Source of the DNA: Promethearchaeota archaeon
Lineage (GTDB): Archaea > Asgardarchaeota > Lokiarchaeia > Sigyniarchaeales > SOKP01
Length of the DNA: 64,000 nucleotides
Reading direction: 5' to 3'
NCBI GenBank assembly: GCA_019057865.1
Contig: JAHLWP010000001.1
Coordinates: forward strand, 128,001 to 192,000
This document shows, one piece after another, positions 39,642 to 49,259 of this stretch. Numbering within the stretch: the stretch's first letter is position 1; the number at the start of each line of letters is the position of its first letter. The translations under genes and the position numbers were made by a program. The notes beneath the pieces were generated by a model. The model ran no database searches, was not told where the DNA came from, and saw only the letters and a program-made list of their open reading frames with translations.

Positions 39642-42600
39642 TTGACAGTAATTGAACAAAAAACAGCTTATCCTTATATTACGGAATTTAAAAAGGAACC
39701 ATTTAAATCATTTGTGCTCAAAAAAGGAAGAGAAATAGGGACTTATTATCTTAGTGGTTATGATAAAGTTGTAGAATTCTATCAAAACTTTAATAAAACT
39801 TTACTTGCTAATGAGTCATTAAACATTAAAATGATTTATTGGTTTCTCTTATTAAGGAAATATCTTAAAGAAGATAAGTATGAATTTAGAAATGAAATAT
39901 TTGAATATATTAAAAAATGTGAAATTCATAAAAATAATCAAATAGGTTTTAAATTTAAACCTGATTCCCCAAATATACCTGATATTTGGTCAACTTATTT
40001 TGCTCTTTCCAGTTTGAAACTCTTAGGACTTTTGGATGAATACTTTGCCATATCAGATCAGAACCAATTTAGAGAAGAAATTATAAATTTTATTTTAACT
40101 CACAGGAAAGGAAATGGATTTTTACATTGTCTGGAAAAAAGTTGTGAAATTGATAAAAAGCCTTTAGCAGTAAAGACATTATATTACGTAATAGAAATAT
40201 ATACTATTCTAGGAATTGATATACGTCTAAAAAAGGATAAATTTAGTTCATATATTGGTGATAGAAAAAGAAATCCTTCTTTAATTTTTAAGTTATTATG
40301 TTTGAAATTTTTAGATCTAAATTCTGAAGTTAGTGAAAAGGATATTCAATACTTCCACCAATTTCAAAGGGAAAATGGTGGATTTAGTTTTAGACAAATT
40401 GGAGAAATTGATACTACCTTTTGGATAGTATATGGCCTTGAGAATTTTTCATGGTTATTAGATTATAATCCTGCTGGTATATTTTCTTTTATTAATATTA
40501 AAATTGTTGAAATATTAAACGATCAGGCAGGTTGGAATTTAAATAAATTAATTGATATTTCAAAATTAATCATTCTTCTGTCATTGATATGGAAAAAATT
40601 TATCAATGAAATTGAAAGGTTAATATTTAGACAATTAGAAAAAGAGAAATACATTGATTTAAATCAAATTAAAAGCAGATTTGGTTTATCAAATGTGATT
40701 GAAGAGATAATCTCTTATATAAATCTGAGCTATAATTTCAATTTAAAAATCTTGATTAATAAGATTGAATTTAAAAATTTTATTCGTAACCTAAGTCAAG
40801 GGAAAAGAATTGTTGCTCAAGAGATATATAATCAACTTTCAAATAAGAGTATAATATCCCTTAAAAAAATATTTAAGGATTGTAAATCCAAATACTCTTT
40901 TAAATCCTTAAAATTAAAAGATGATATCATTCCCTTAGTAGATCAATTAATTCAACGTAATTTTTTTAAGGGTAAAATAGTGAAAAAGAGGTTCTATATG
41001 GATTTCTTTCTTGAAAGAATAATAGTTTGCGATACAGAGATAAATTTAGAGCAATTATTACATGAAAAAGAGAAATTGAAGGATATAAAGAACGACATTT
41101 ATAATATGACTTTAAAATTAAAAAATATTACATCACAAATAAAGGATGAAATTGAATCTTATTTAATCTTAGATGAGATTGATTATGCAAAAGAGAGATT
41201 AAAATTTATTGTAAGAAATGCATTAATGGATGCTGATTTTCTTAATGAAAATATTGAAAATTCATTTAATGAAGAACTATATTATCTCAACATTCAGACA
41301 TTATTAAAGTCTGATATTACTCAATGGAATAAATTGTATTCTGTAATACAAAAAAGATTAAGCGAAATTGATTCATATTTAAAAGAGAAAATTTCAGAAA
41401 AAGAAAATTTAAGGGATATAAGTAACCTACTAGAAAAATTAAAAGAAAAAATTGGTAGTATTACTGAGGAAACTACTAAAAAAATTGATGATTTTAGAAA
41501 TTTGTTTAGGGAAACTCTTGAACAAGGTTATAGTAAAGAAAAATTCGATCTTATTGTTCAAGAATTTGATAAAATTTCACAGAGTGTCAGTAAATATGAT
41601 AATATAATTTACAATGTCTCTCAACAGGTTACTACAAAAGAAAAAAAGGTTCTAAATAAACATAAAAAAGTTATTGGTGATTGGTTAAGTTTTAAAGAAA
41701 ATTTTGAATCTATTTTTAGCTATTATACCTCAGGTTTTCAATTCTTTAATACTAATATGAAAAAGATTGATGATATTAAAGAAAGAGTTAAAATTGAGAT
41801 ATTGGAAATAAGTGAAAAAGCTAAGAATATAACTGATAATAATCTATTTCAAGAAGCATTTAATGTTATTAAACAAGAATCTGATGTACTTCTTGATAAT
41901 AAAACAAAAGAAATTAAAGAAATCCAATCAAAAGTCAAAAAAGATATTAAATCCAAACAAAAACTTTATCTTCTCTATGGGTATTTATTGGAAGCATTAG
42001 ATAATTTGGAAGTGAATATCATTGAACTAATAGCAGAAAGGGTCCAATCTTTAAAGAATAAAGTGGTTATTGAGAGGAATCGTACTCAAATTGAAGATTT
42101 TGATAATTTTGTATCACAAGAAGTTGGTAAATTTAAAACAGAATTAAATAACTTTAAAAGTCAATTAGATCAAATGAATAATCTCAAAATCAATTACGTT
42201 ATTAAAGGTTTTGATGATATTATAGCCATATTTGAAGCTGCTAATAATATATATTTAAAAAAATTAACTAAATGTAAAAAAACTATTGATGATTTCGAAG
42301 AAAAATCGAAAGTAACCATAATACAATGGGAAAAATTTAAGGAATTTCTAAGTAATGAGATACCAGCCTTAAAAGATAAATATATAAATGATATTATTTC
42401 AAAAAGAATCAATTTATTTGCTTATGAGAAAAAATCAAATTATATTAAATTAAGCGATTTAAAAAATGATTTAAACCTAAGTTGTAAAGTTTTAATTAAT
42501 AAGATCAAAGATATGATTGATATCTCTAAAATAAATGCAGAACTTAATGAAGATGATAAATATCTACTTGTTTATACAAATAATTATTATTTGAATAAAG

Positions 42601-44024
42601 AACTTAGAAACTACATTGACAATCAACTATTAAAATTAAATCGAGAAAGAATTGGAAAAATTTTGGCGCTTTATGATTCTAGTATAAGAAAAAGAACTTT
42701 AAATGTAAATATGCTTGAACTTCAAAATCGAATTAATGATTTGAAAATTTTTGAAAATGTTATCCCAAACCAATTCTATAATAAAGTAAATGAGCTTCAG
42801 ATTGATCAAGAAAGAGAAGAATTTGTTGAAACCAAGGGTTATTTCGAATCTGTTATAGAAAATGATAAATTAGCAATTAGAAAAATAAAGGCTGGTCTAA
42901 TTCTCTTTAATGAAATGATAAGTGTCATCGATAAACAATATAACAATTTAAAAATTGAATTTATGCAACATTTTACAACTATACTCAAAAAAACCGAACA
43001 AATTCATTCTCATGAAGAGATCCAAGAAGATTTTGAATCTAAAAAGAAAATAAATGAAGAAAAGTTAAACCAAACTCAACATAAAATTGAAGAAAAATTA
43101 AAAAATCTTTGGAATAAAACTGAGGATTCAAATAAATTAGTTCCTGAAATTAGGGAATTATTTGTTAAGAAAAAAAACAATTTGTTAAATGAATATGAGG
43201 AGAAAATTAAAGAAGTCAATGATCAGATAACCATGATGAAACACGAATCATTCCGAGAAAAATTAATGAGCTTTATTAATGATGACAAAATTTTTTTAAG
43301 CCAATTACTCGGTAATTTAGAAAGAAAAGTTGAAGATAATATTGAAATTAAAGAATTTAAAAGAATAAATTTAATAGTTCAAAAGAGAGCAAAGAATATT
43401 GAAATGAAGATTAAAGAAATCAATAAAAATGTTAATCATAAAATAAGAGAATTTAATAGGCAATCAAAGAATTTCGGTCAAATATCAAAATACATTTTAG
43501 AAGATTATAATAAATTCATTAATGAATATAACGAAATCCTAAGTGAAAAAGTTAAATCATTAGAACGATTAGTACTGAAATCTTATATAGATATGACAAT
43601 TAAGGCTGTAGCAAATGAATATTTGACAATTGGTTTTTTAAATAATGAATTGAAAATAAAAAAACAAAATCTACAAGATTATTTGTTATTTCTTATAAGC
43701 GCAGGAGAATTAGGAGGAAAATATGATCCTAGGTTTGGAGTTTACTACGAAAACCCAGAAATTATGAATGACTTAGATGAAAATGAACTTGAGGTAATAA
43801 AAAATACAAATTTTCGCGTTTATATGTTCCTTAATCATTTAAAGAACTTTACAAGTCAGTATGGAAGTGTTATAGCTTTCTTTGCTTCGATCCTCACGAT
43901 TTCATACTATTTATTCATGTTCACCGGTGGCAATCTAGCAACTATTATTGTTCCAGTTATATTAACTACATTTGTAATAAGTTATATATTCATGAGAAGG
44001 AAAAAAGATCAAAAAATCAAATAA
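39642..44024 (+). CDS. 1460-aa multidomain protein: prenyltransferase-like repeats, long coiled coil, PCI/winged-helix-like segments, two C-terminal TM helices
   Basis: PDIWSTYFAL and QRENGGF repeats; heptad-rich centre; LLFLISAGELGGKYD; hydrophobic C-terminus. Confidence 0.65.
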   Translation: MTVIEQKTAYPYITEFKKEPFKSFVLKKGREIGTYYLSGYDKVVEFYQNFNKTLLANESLNIKMIYWFLLLRKYLKEDKYEFRNEIFEYIKKCEIHKNNQIGFKFKPDSPNIPDIWSTYFALSSLKLLGLLDEYFAISDQNQFREEIINFILTHRKGNGFLHCLEKSCEIDKKPLAVKTLYYVIEIYTILGIDIRLKKDKFSSYIGDRKRNPSLIFKLLCLKFLDLNSEVSEKDIQYFHQFQRENGGFSFRQIGEIDTTFWIVYGLENFSWLLDYNPAGIFSFINIKIVEILNDQAGWNLNKLIDISKLIILLSLIWKKFINEIERLIFRQLEKEKYIDLNQIKSRFGLSNVIEEIISYINLSYNFNLKILINKIEFKNFIRNLSQGKRIVAQEIYNQLSNKSIISLKKIFKDCKSKYSFKSLKLKDDIIPLVDQLIQRNFFKGKIVKKRFYMDFFLERIIVCDTEINLEQLLHEKEKLKDIKNDIYNMTLKLKNITSQIKDEIESYLILDEIDYAKERLKFIVRNALMDADFLNENIENSFNEELYYLNIQTLLKSDITQWNKLYSVIQKRLSEIDSYLKEKISEKENLRDISNLLEKLKEKIGSITEETTKKIDDFRNLFRETLEQGYSKEKFDLIVQEFDKISQSVSKYDNIIYNVSQQVTTKEKKVLNKHKKVIGDWLSFKENFESIFSYYTSGFQFFNTNMKKIDDIKERVKIEILEISEKAKNITDNNLFQEAFNVIKQESDVLLDNKTKEIKEIQSKVKKDIKSKQKLYLLYGYLLEALDNLEVNIIELIAERVQSLKNKVVIERNRTQIEDFDNFVSQEVGKFKTELNNFKSQLDQMNNLKINYVIKGFDDIIAIFEAANNIYLKKLTKCKKTIDDFEEKSKVTIIQWEKFKEFLSNEIPALKDKYINDIISKRINLFAYEKKSNYIKLSDLKNDLNLSCKVLINKIKDMIDISKINAELNEDDKYLLVYTNNYYLNKELRNYIDNQLLKLNRERIGKILALYDSSIRKRTLNVNMLELQNRINDLKIFENVIPNQFYNKVNELQIDQEREEFVETKGYFESVIENDKLAIRKIKAGLILFNEMISVIDKQYNNLKIEFMQHFTTILKKTEQIHSHEEIQEDFESKKKINEEKLNQTQHKIEEKLKNLWNKTEDSNKLVPEIRELFVKKKNNLLNEYEEKIKEVNDQITMMKHESFREKLMSFINDDKIFLSQLLGNLERKVEDNIEIKEFKRINLIVQKRAKNIEMKIKEINKNVNHKIREFNRQSKNFGQISKYILEDYNKFINEYNEILSEKVKSLERLVLKSYIDMTIKAVANEYLTIGFLNNELKIKKQNLQDYLLFLISAGELGGKYDPRFGVYYENPEIMNDLDENELEVIKNTNFRVYMFLNHLKNFTSQYGSVIAFFASILTISYYLFMFTGGNLATIIVPVILTTFVISYIFMRRKKDQKIK

Positions 44025-44060
44025 CATCTTTTTTATTTAGCTACCATTATTTCCATAATT

Positions 44061-46214
44061 TTAATCATAATCCATAACAAAATGTACAAAATCATTTTGC
44101 TTTTTTAAGTATCCTAGATAACAAGCTTGATTAAAATGAATATAAAATTTCTTATTTTCAATATCTTCATTTCGAGCGAGTTCTTCAAACTTTTTAAAAT
44201 TTATTTTTCCACTTTTACTATAAGTTTTAGCTAAATTAATCAAACATTTTACATTCTTATTTAAATAAGCTTTATGCTCTTTTTGCATTTTGGGGGTCTT
44301 CCTTTTTATTTTTAAAATTTTATTTTTTAAATTAATATTATCCATTTTTATTAAATCAGAAAAAAAGGTTATACCACATTCTTTGAATGATTTATACTCT
44401 GCACTTCTATAGTATTTGTCTAATTGAGAAATGATATCTTCTATTGAACGGTTCGCTAAAAGTTCTATTTCTCTTTCTTTCCTTTCTCTAAAATTATAGA
44501 TTAAATCCATTTCTGAAAATTCTTTTTTAGGAGAAAGGAATGTAATTTTTTTTCTTTTTAAATTCTTCTGTAATTTTAACTGTTTTTTATTTAATAATAC
44601 TAAATTCATTGATTTTTCTTTTCTTCGGGCAACAATATGGAAAGGAATATCAACAGTTCCTTCAGTTAACATAATATAACATCTACCAGGATTATTTCTT
44701 CCTGTTCTACCGCGCCTTTGAATTAATCTGATTTCTGAAGGAACAGATTCATAAAAAATTATAGCATCAACATTTGGAATATCCAGACCTTCTTCAGCTA
44801 CACTTGTTGCGATTAATACATTGATTTCATTATTTCGAAATTTTTCAAGTATTTCTATTTGGATTCTTTGTGAATAACCAATATCATCGTGTTTAGTTGT
44901 CTGTCCAATGAATTTCTCTATAGTAAGTTCATTCCTGAATTCATTTTTTAACTTTTTCTTCAAATATTCCGCTAATTCTCTATATTGTGTGAAAAGGATG
45001 ATTTTTCTATTTTGAAATTCTTCAATTTCTTCTTTAATAATTTCAATTGCTTTATTTATCTTTGGATGAGATAATTTAGATAAACCTTCTTTTTCAATAA
45101 TAGAATATGTAAGTTTAAATTGTTCAGAATTAACAATTCTTTTAGCAGATAATACATCTCGTTCTACTTTAGATATTATTTTATCTAAAAATGATTTAAA
45201 AAGAGAAATTTCTTGAGTTTCTAATAGATCTTTCGCATGAAGTATAGAAATACAGGTTGAACAATATGAGAAAATTGAATGGATATCAAAATGGTTTTCT
45301 TTAACAATATCAATAAGTTTAGGATCTTGAAAAAATAAATGATTTAGAAATTCCTCATCAAATATTTCAGATTCAACACAATCTAGATATTTCAAGGATA
45401 AAGTTAAATCATGAGAAATTCTTAAAAAATCTAATTTTGAATAATATCGTTTATTTGGATTTATTAGTTTTCTCTCTATAAAGAATTTTAGAAATTTTTT
45501 AAATAAATTATCCCAAATTTGGCTTATTTCAAAAAGCTCTAGTGGTAAATCTACCAAATTAATATATGTGTCAATGTCATGAATATAATCTTTAACATCC
45601 TTGTCCTCATAATTTTTAAACACAATATTTTCAATGCACAAATTATCACAAATTTCTTGGATATGTTCAAAATCCTTTCCTGGGGAAGCTGTTAATCCTA
45701 AAATTAAAGGATCATTACAAGTGTTAATATATTCTTTTGATATAAAATTGTATGAATAATTTCCTTTTGTTTTATGTGCTTCATCAAAAATTACCAGTGA
45801 AACTTGAGTGAGATCATATCTTCCCCTTATTAAATCATTTTTAATTACTTGGGGAGTAGAAATAATTATTCTAGAATAGTTAAATAATAAAGTTCGTTTC
45901 TCTGGAGGTATTTTTCCGGTAAGCAATACAATTTTTTCGGCATTTATGTCTAGAAATTTTTGACAGGATGACCTATGTTGTGAAACTAAAGGTCGTGTTG
46001 GAGCAAGTATAATAATTTTTGACTTGGAATATTTAATTAGGGTATTTGCTATTATTAAAATGCCAATAATTGTCTTTCCTAACCCAGTTGGCAATATAAC
46101 TAAGGAATTTTTATTTTTACAACGATTAACTATATTGCTTTGATAATGTCGATAAAGAACTTCATCCTTTTTCAAATAAAGTCCGTTATAATACTCCTGA
46201 GAACCTAATTTCAT
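44061..46214 (-). CDS. Hef/FANCM-type SF2 helicase lacking the ERCC4 nuclease domain
   Basis: LPTGLGKT, DEAH, LTASPG, ATSVAEEGLDIP, QRRGRTGR. Confidence 0.9.
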   Translation of the reverse strand: MKLGSQEYYNGLYLKKDEVLYRHYQSNIVNRCKNKNSLVILPTGLGKTIIGILIIANTLIKYSKSKIIILAPTRPLVSQHRSSCQKFLDINAEKIVLLTGKIPPEKRTLLFNYSRIIISTPQVIKNDLIRGRYDLTQVSLVIFDEAHKTKGNYSYNFISKEYINTCNDPLILGLTASPGKDFEHIQEICDNLCIENIVFKNYEDKDVKDYIHDIDTYINLVDLPLELFEISQIWDNLFKKFLKFFIERKLINPNKRYYSKLDFLRISHDLTLSLKYLDCVESEIFDEEFLNHLFFQDPKLIDIVKENHFDIHSIFSYCSTCISILHAKDLLETQEISLFKSFLDKIISKVERDVLSAKRIVNSEQFKLTYSIIEKEGLSKLSHPKINKAIEIIKEEIEEFQNRKIILFTQYRELAEYLKKKLKNEFRNELTIEKFIGQTTKHDDIGYSQRIQIEILEKFRNNEINVLIATSVAEEGLDIPNVDAIIFYESVPSEIRLIQRRGRTGRNNPGRCYIMLTEGTVDIPFHIVARRKEKSMNLVLLNKKQLKLQKNLKRKKITFLSPKKEFSEMDLIYNFRERKEREIELLANRSIEDIISQLDKYYRSAEYKSFKECGITFFSDLIKMDNINLKNKILKIKRKTPKMQKEHKAYLNKNVKCLINLAKTYSKSGKINFKKFEELARNEDIENKKFYIHFNQACYLGYLKKQNDFVHFVMDYD

Positions 46215-46304
46215 ATATTTTTTATTAGTTTAATTAATATAATTAAAATAAGAGACAGTAGTGATTTACTATAATTATTCTTATTAATTTTTTAAAAAAA
46301 TTCC

Positions 46305-46349
46305 ATAACTGTGATGTTATGATTAACGCATAACTATAATCACAGTTAT
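46305..46349. repeat. Long inverted repeat upstream of the Hef-type helicase
   Basis: ATAACTGTGAT-GTTATG-attaacg-CATAAC-tata-ATCACAGTTAT (11 + 6 bp perfect arms). Confidence 0.8.
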
Positions 46350-46542
46350 AGGTAAAAATATGAAAAAAAAATGCATCCATTACAATATTAATGACTTCTT
46401 ATTATAAATCTTAAGATTAAAATTCTTAAGAGATTAGAGAGTAAAGGTTATAAAAAATAATAATAATAAAAAAAAGAAATTAAGTGATTTGGTTAGTATT
46501 TAACTAAAATCTTCTTATTTTTGCTTTAGAGAAGCCTATTAT

Positions 46543-46758
46543 TTAGCCTTTAAAGTATTTAATGGCTAAAAGAATGTCGTCCTTTGTTACTTTCTTTCTT
46601 TTGGAGTGTTTGGTCAAGTTTAAGGCTACTTTTGTAATTTTTTCAGCGCTTTGACCCATCCAATCAACTAATTCATTAACAGCATCACGAGCTACGATAA
46701 CTGCCCCATTGTGCTTCATTAATCTTCTAATAGGACTCCAACTAATGTATTCACTCAT
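46543..46758 (-). CDS. Archaeal histone (HMf-like histone fold)
   Basis: PIRRLMKHNGA..VARDAV...HSKRKKVTKDDILLA; GGAGG ribosome-binding site upstream. Confidence 0.92.
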   Translation of the reverse strand: MSEYISWSPIRRLMKHNGAVIVARDAVNELVDWMGQSAEKITKVALNLTKHSKRKKVTKDDILLAIKYFKG

Positions 46759-47377
46759 TTTTATTCCTCCACTTTTTAATTAATTATATAATAAATTTTA
46801 TGAATTTTAGTTATTTTTTAATAGTTAGTTAAATAGTTATACATCTTTTAGATATTTAAAGATTTTGATTCATACTTAATTTTATGAAGAAAAAAATGAA
46901 AAAAATTAAACGACAAAATTCAAATTAATGAAAGTGATCAATCTCGTGAAAGTTAGAGTTTTTTTATGGAAACATAATTTCTGTTAATGATTAGTATTCT
47001 AGTATCATATATATTCTTCAATATCTACATATTAGAATAATGGATAACTTTTTTAAAAGAAATGAAAAATCCGATCAAATTCTGAGATGCTAAATCAAGC
47101 ATTTTTGTGTTTCATATAAGTTAAAAAAATTAAGTTTATTTTAAAGAATTTACGAGGATTAACCAAATGAAATAAAATTTCCAATATCTTTAGGAATTTG
47201 ATTGATTTAGAGAAAGATTTAATTGATTAGGAATTATTCAAGGGAAGATTTTAAAAGAAATTCATTATGTAAACTTTTTCCTCCTAATTTAGTAATAGAA
47301 AAGCCACAGATAACCGTAATTATTAAATATTTGAATGGAAATTATTATTATAAAAATAAATTTTTAAATCCAATATT

Positions 47378-48112
47378 ATGAAAGCAAAAAAAATATTTTT
47401 AGCACTATTGGTAATGTTTAGTTTAATAATCCCGTTTACACTAACCTCTTTTGCCTTAGGGGATTTGCAACTTGGGGATCCTGATATTGAATGGGGAGTT
47501 AAAGAAGGAAAAACATACACATGGGTTGTTAAGGAATCTAATGAAAGTCTTGGTTTTCTGCCAGTTAAATCTAAATATGAAATAACAATAACATCCATTA
47601 GATCGATGTTAGGGGGGGATGCTACTGAATTAAATGCTACAATTACAGCATATAATAGCCAGACTGAATCTACAACTACTCTTTTGGATAATCAAACGTT
47701 TATCTACTTTGATTCAGGGACGAATATAACAACACTTTATACTATACTCACTGAACACGGTTTTTTCATCCCTCCAGATTATGTTGATGGTTTTGCTGTA
47801 GGTTTGTTTGGTTTCTACGGATCCTTCTTTAATCATAAGGGTACTATGACTGAATATGGAGTATTTGCTTTTTATGGATATAGGAGTTCAACTGATTTAG
47901 TATATATGTGGATGTTTAATAAAAATTTGATATGTGATAATTTAGTTATCGCTTTTTCAGGCGATGATTCTGAAAATTATCAGTATTGGTTGGTATTAAA
48001 GACTGATTCTGGTCCAACTATATCTTTCGGAAATTACTTTTTGATTATTAGTGGATTTGCAATTCTTTCATTGATTTATATTTATATGAAGAAATTAGAA
48101 AAGAAATTCTAA
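47378..48112 (+). CDS. Secreted or surface hypothetical protein with C-terminal TM anchor
   Basis: Signal peptide; WGVKEG..YTW; C-terminal ISFGNY, TM and basic tail. Confidence 0.7.
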   Translation: MKAKKIFLALLVMFSLIIPFTLTSFALGDLQLGDPDIEWGVKEGKTYTWVVKESNESLGFLPVKSKYEITITSIRSMLGGDATELNATITAYNSQTESTTTLLDNQTFIYFDSGTNITTLYTILTEHGFFIPPDYVDGFAVGLFGFYGSFFNHKGTMTEYGVFAFYGYRSSTDLVYMWMFNKNLICDNLVIAFSGDDSENYQYWLVLKTDSGPTISFGNYFLIISGFAILSLIYIYMKKLEKKF

Positions 48113-48171
48113 TCTTTTTTTTTATTTTTTGCAAGGATAGTTAGTTTTTATCCTAGTTGGTAATATTCTTC

Positions 48172-49155
48172 TTACCATACTATATGTTCATATTTACATT
48201 TTTCACATTCTATACTTTCTCCTTTTTTAGGAAAGTAAGGCAGAACAGCGCCGCAATATTTACATTCTAGTTCATAGATATGATCTATGGAACTTACAAT
48301 TCCTCTTCTTAAAATACGTTCTTTAAAATCATTTGAAATTTGGGTTAAAATTGAGATGATAATTTGGTGATTTTGAGAAACAGCAATAACTTCTACTTTA
48401 TTTGATACTATCTGACTAATTATTAATATATCTTCTTCTGACTCCAAATCAGTTCCTAAATACCAAATTATCTTGTTATCGAGATCCTTAGCAATTAATT
48501 GAAAATTATGAGCTCTAAGGATTTGTTCAACAATATTGAAAAATATATCTAAATCAATATTTATTCCTACTCCGAAACTTTTAATTGCTTTTTTAATACC
48601 AGGTATTTGTAGAATCTTTTTTAGTTGAAAACTTGGTATTATCTTAGGTGTTATATTTAATTTATCAATTCTGATTTCTACTGGTTCTGAATTAAGAACC
48701 CTTACGAAATCTTTATTATTGACATAGGTAATAATTGTTCTTAACTCCCCTACATTTTTTAGTGATAAAGCTTTGAAGTGTAAATTAATTTGTTTTCTAC
48801 TATTTTCATTAAATTCATCAAATTCTAAATTTAGTTGTTTTGAACCTCTTTGCTCAACAGAAGGAGGTATGATTATTGTTGGAGGTGTACACCTAGTAAG
48901 AGATAAAAATTCAGGATATTTAATTTTAATCTTAACGTCGGTTATAGGGGCTAAACTCTGGTTACTTAATAGAATTGCATAAAGATAATGACCACTAAAA
49001 GGTCTAAAATCATATTCTAATTTAATTTTATCTTCTTGGTCAATTGTTTCAAATAGATATTTGTCTTTTTCCTCTCTTTTATATTCAATCTTAGTTTTAA
49101 AAATAACAAGATCTTGCACTTGGTCTGGGCTTGCTTCTTTCTCTTTATTATTCAT
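48172..49155 (-). CDS. Hypothetical protein: beta-sandwich, alpha/beta platform-like domain, zinc ribbon
   Basis: NQSLAPITDVKIKIKYP beta-sandwich pattern; C-terminal CKYCG...CEKCK. Confidence 0.55.
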   Translation of the reverse strand: MNNKEKEASPDQVQDLVIFKTKIEYKREEKDKYLFETIDQEDKIKLEYDFRPFSGHYLYAILLSNQSLAPITDVKIKIKYPEFLSLTRCTPPTIIIPPSVEQRGSKQLNLEFDEFNENSRKQINLHFKALSLKNVGELRTIITYVNNKDFVRVLNSEPVEIRIDKLNITPKIIPSFQLKKILQIPGIKKAIKSFGVGINIDLDIFFNIVEQILRAHNFQLIAKDLDNKIIWYLGTDLESEEDILIISQIVSNKVEVIAVSQNHQIIISILTQISNDFKERILRRGIVSSIDHIYELECKYCGAVLPYFPKKGESIECEKCKYEHIVW

Positions 49156-49259
49156 GTCTTATAATACTAATTTGTAATTGTGGAATTCTGAACTGATTTT
49201 TAATTTACTAGATAATTAATGTAATTATATTTTAAATTTTATTTTTTTCATTGTAATTA

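Noticed and set aside
46759-47377. 600-bp intergenic gap as an ncRNA or replication origin
   Set aside because: AT-rich divergent promoter region with no GC-rich stem or repeated ORB-like boxes that I could identify.
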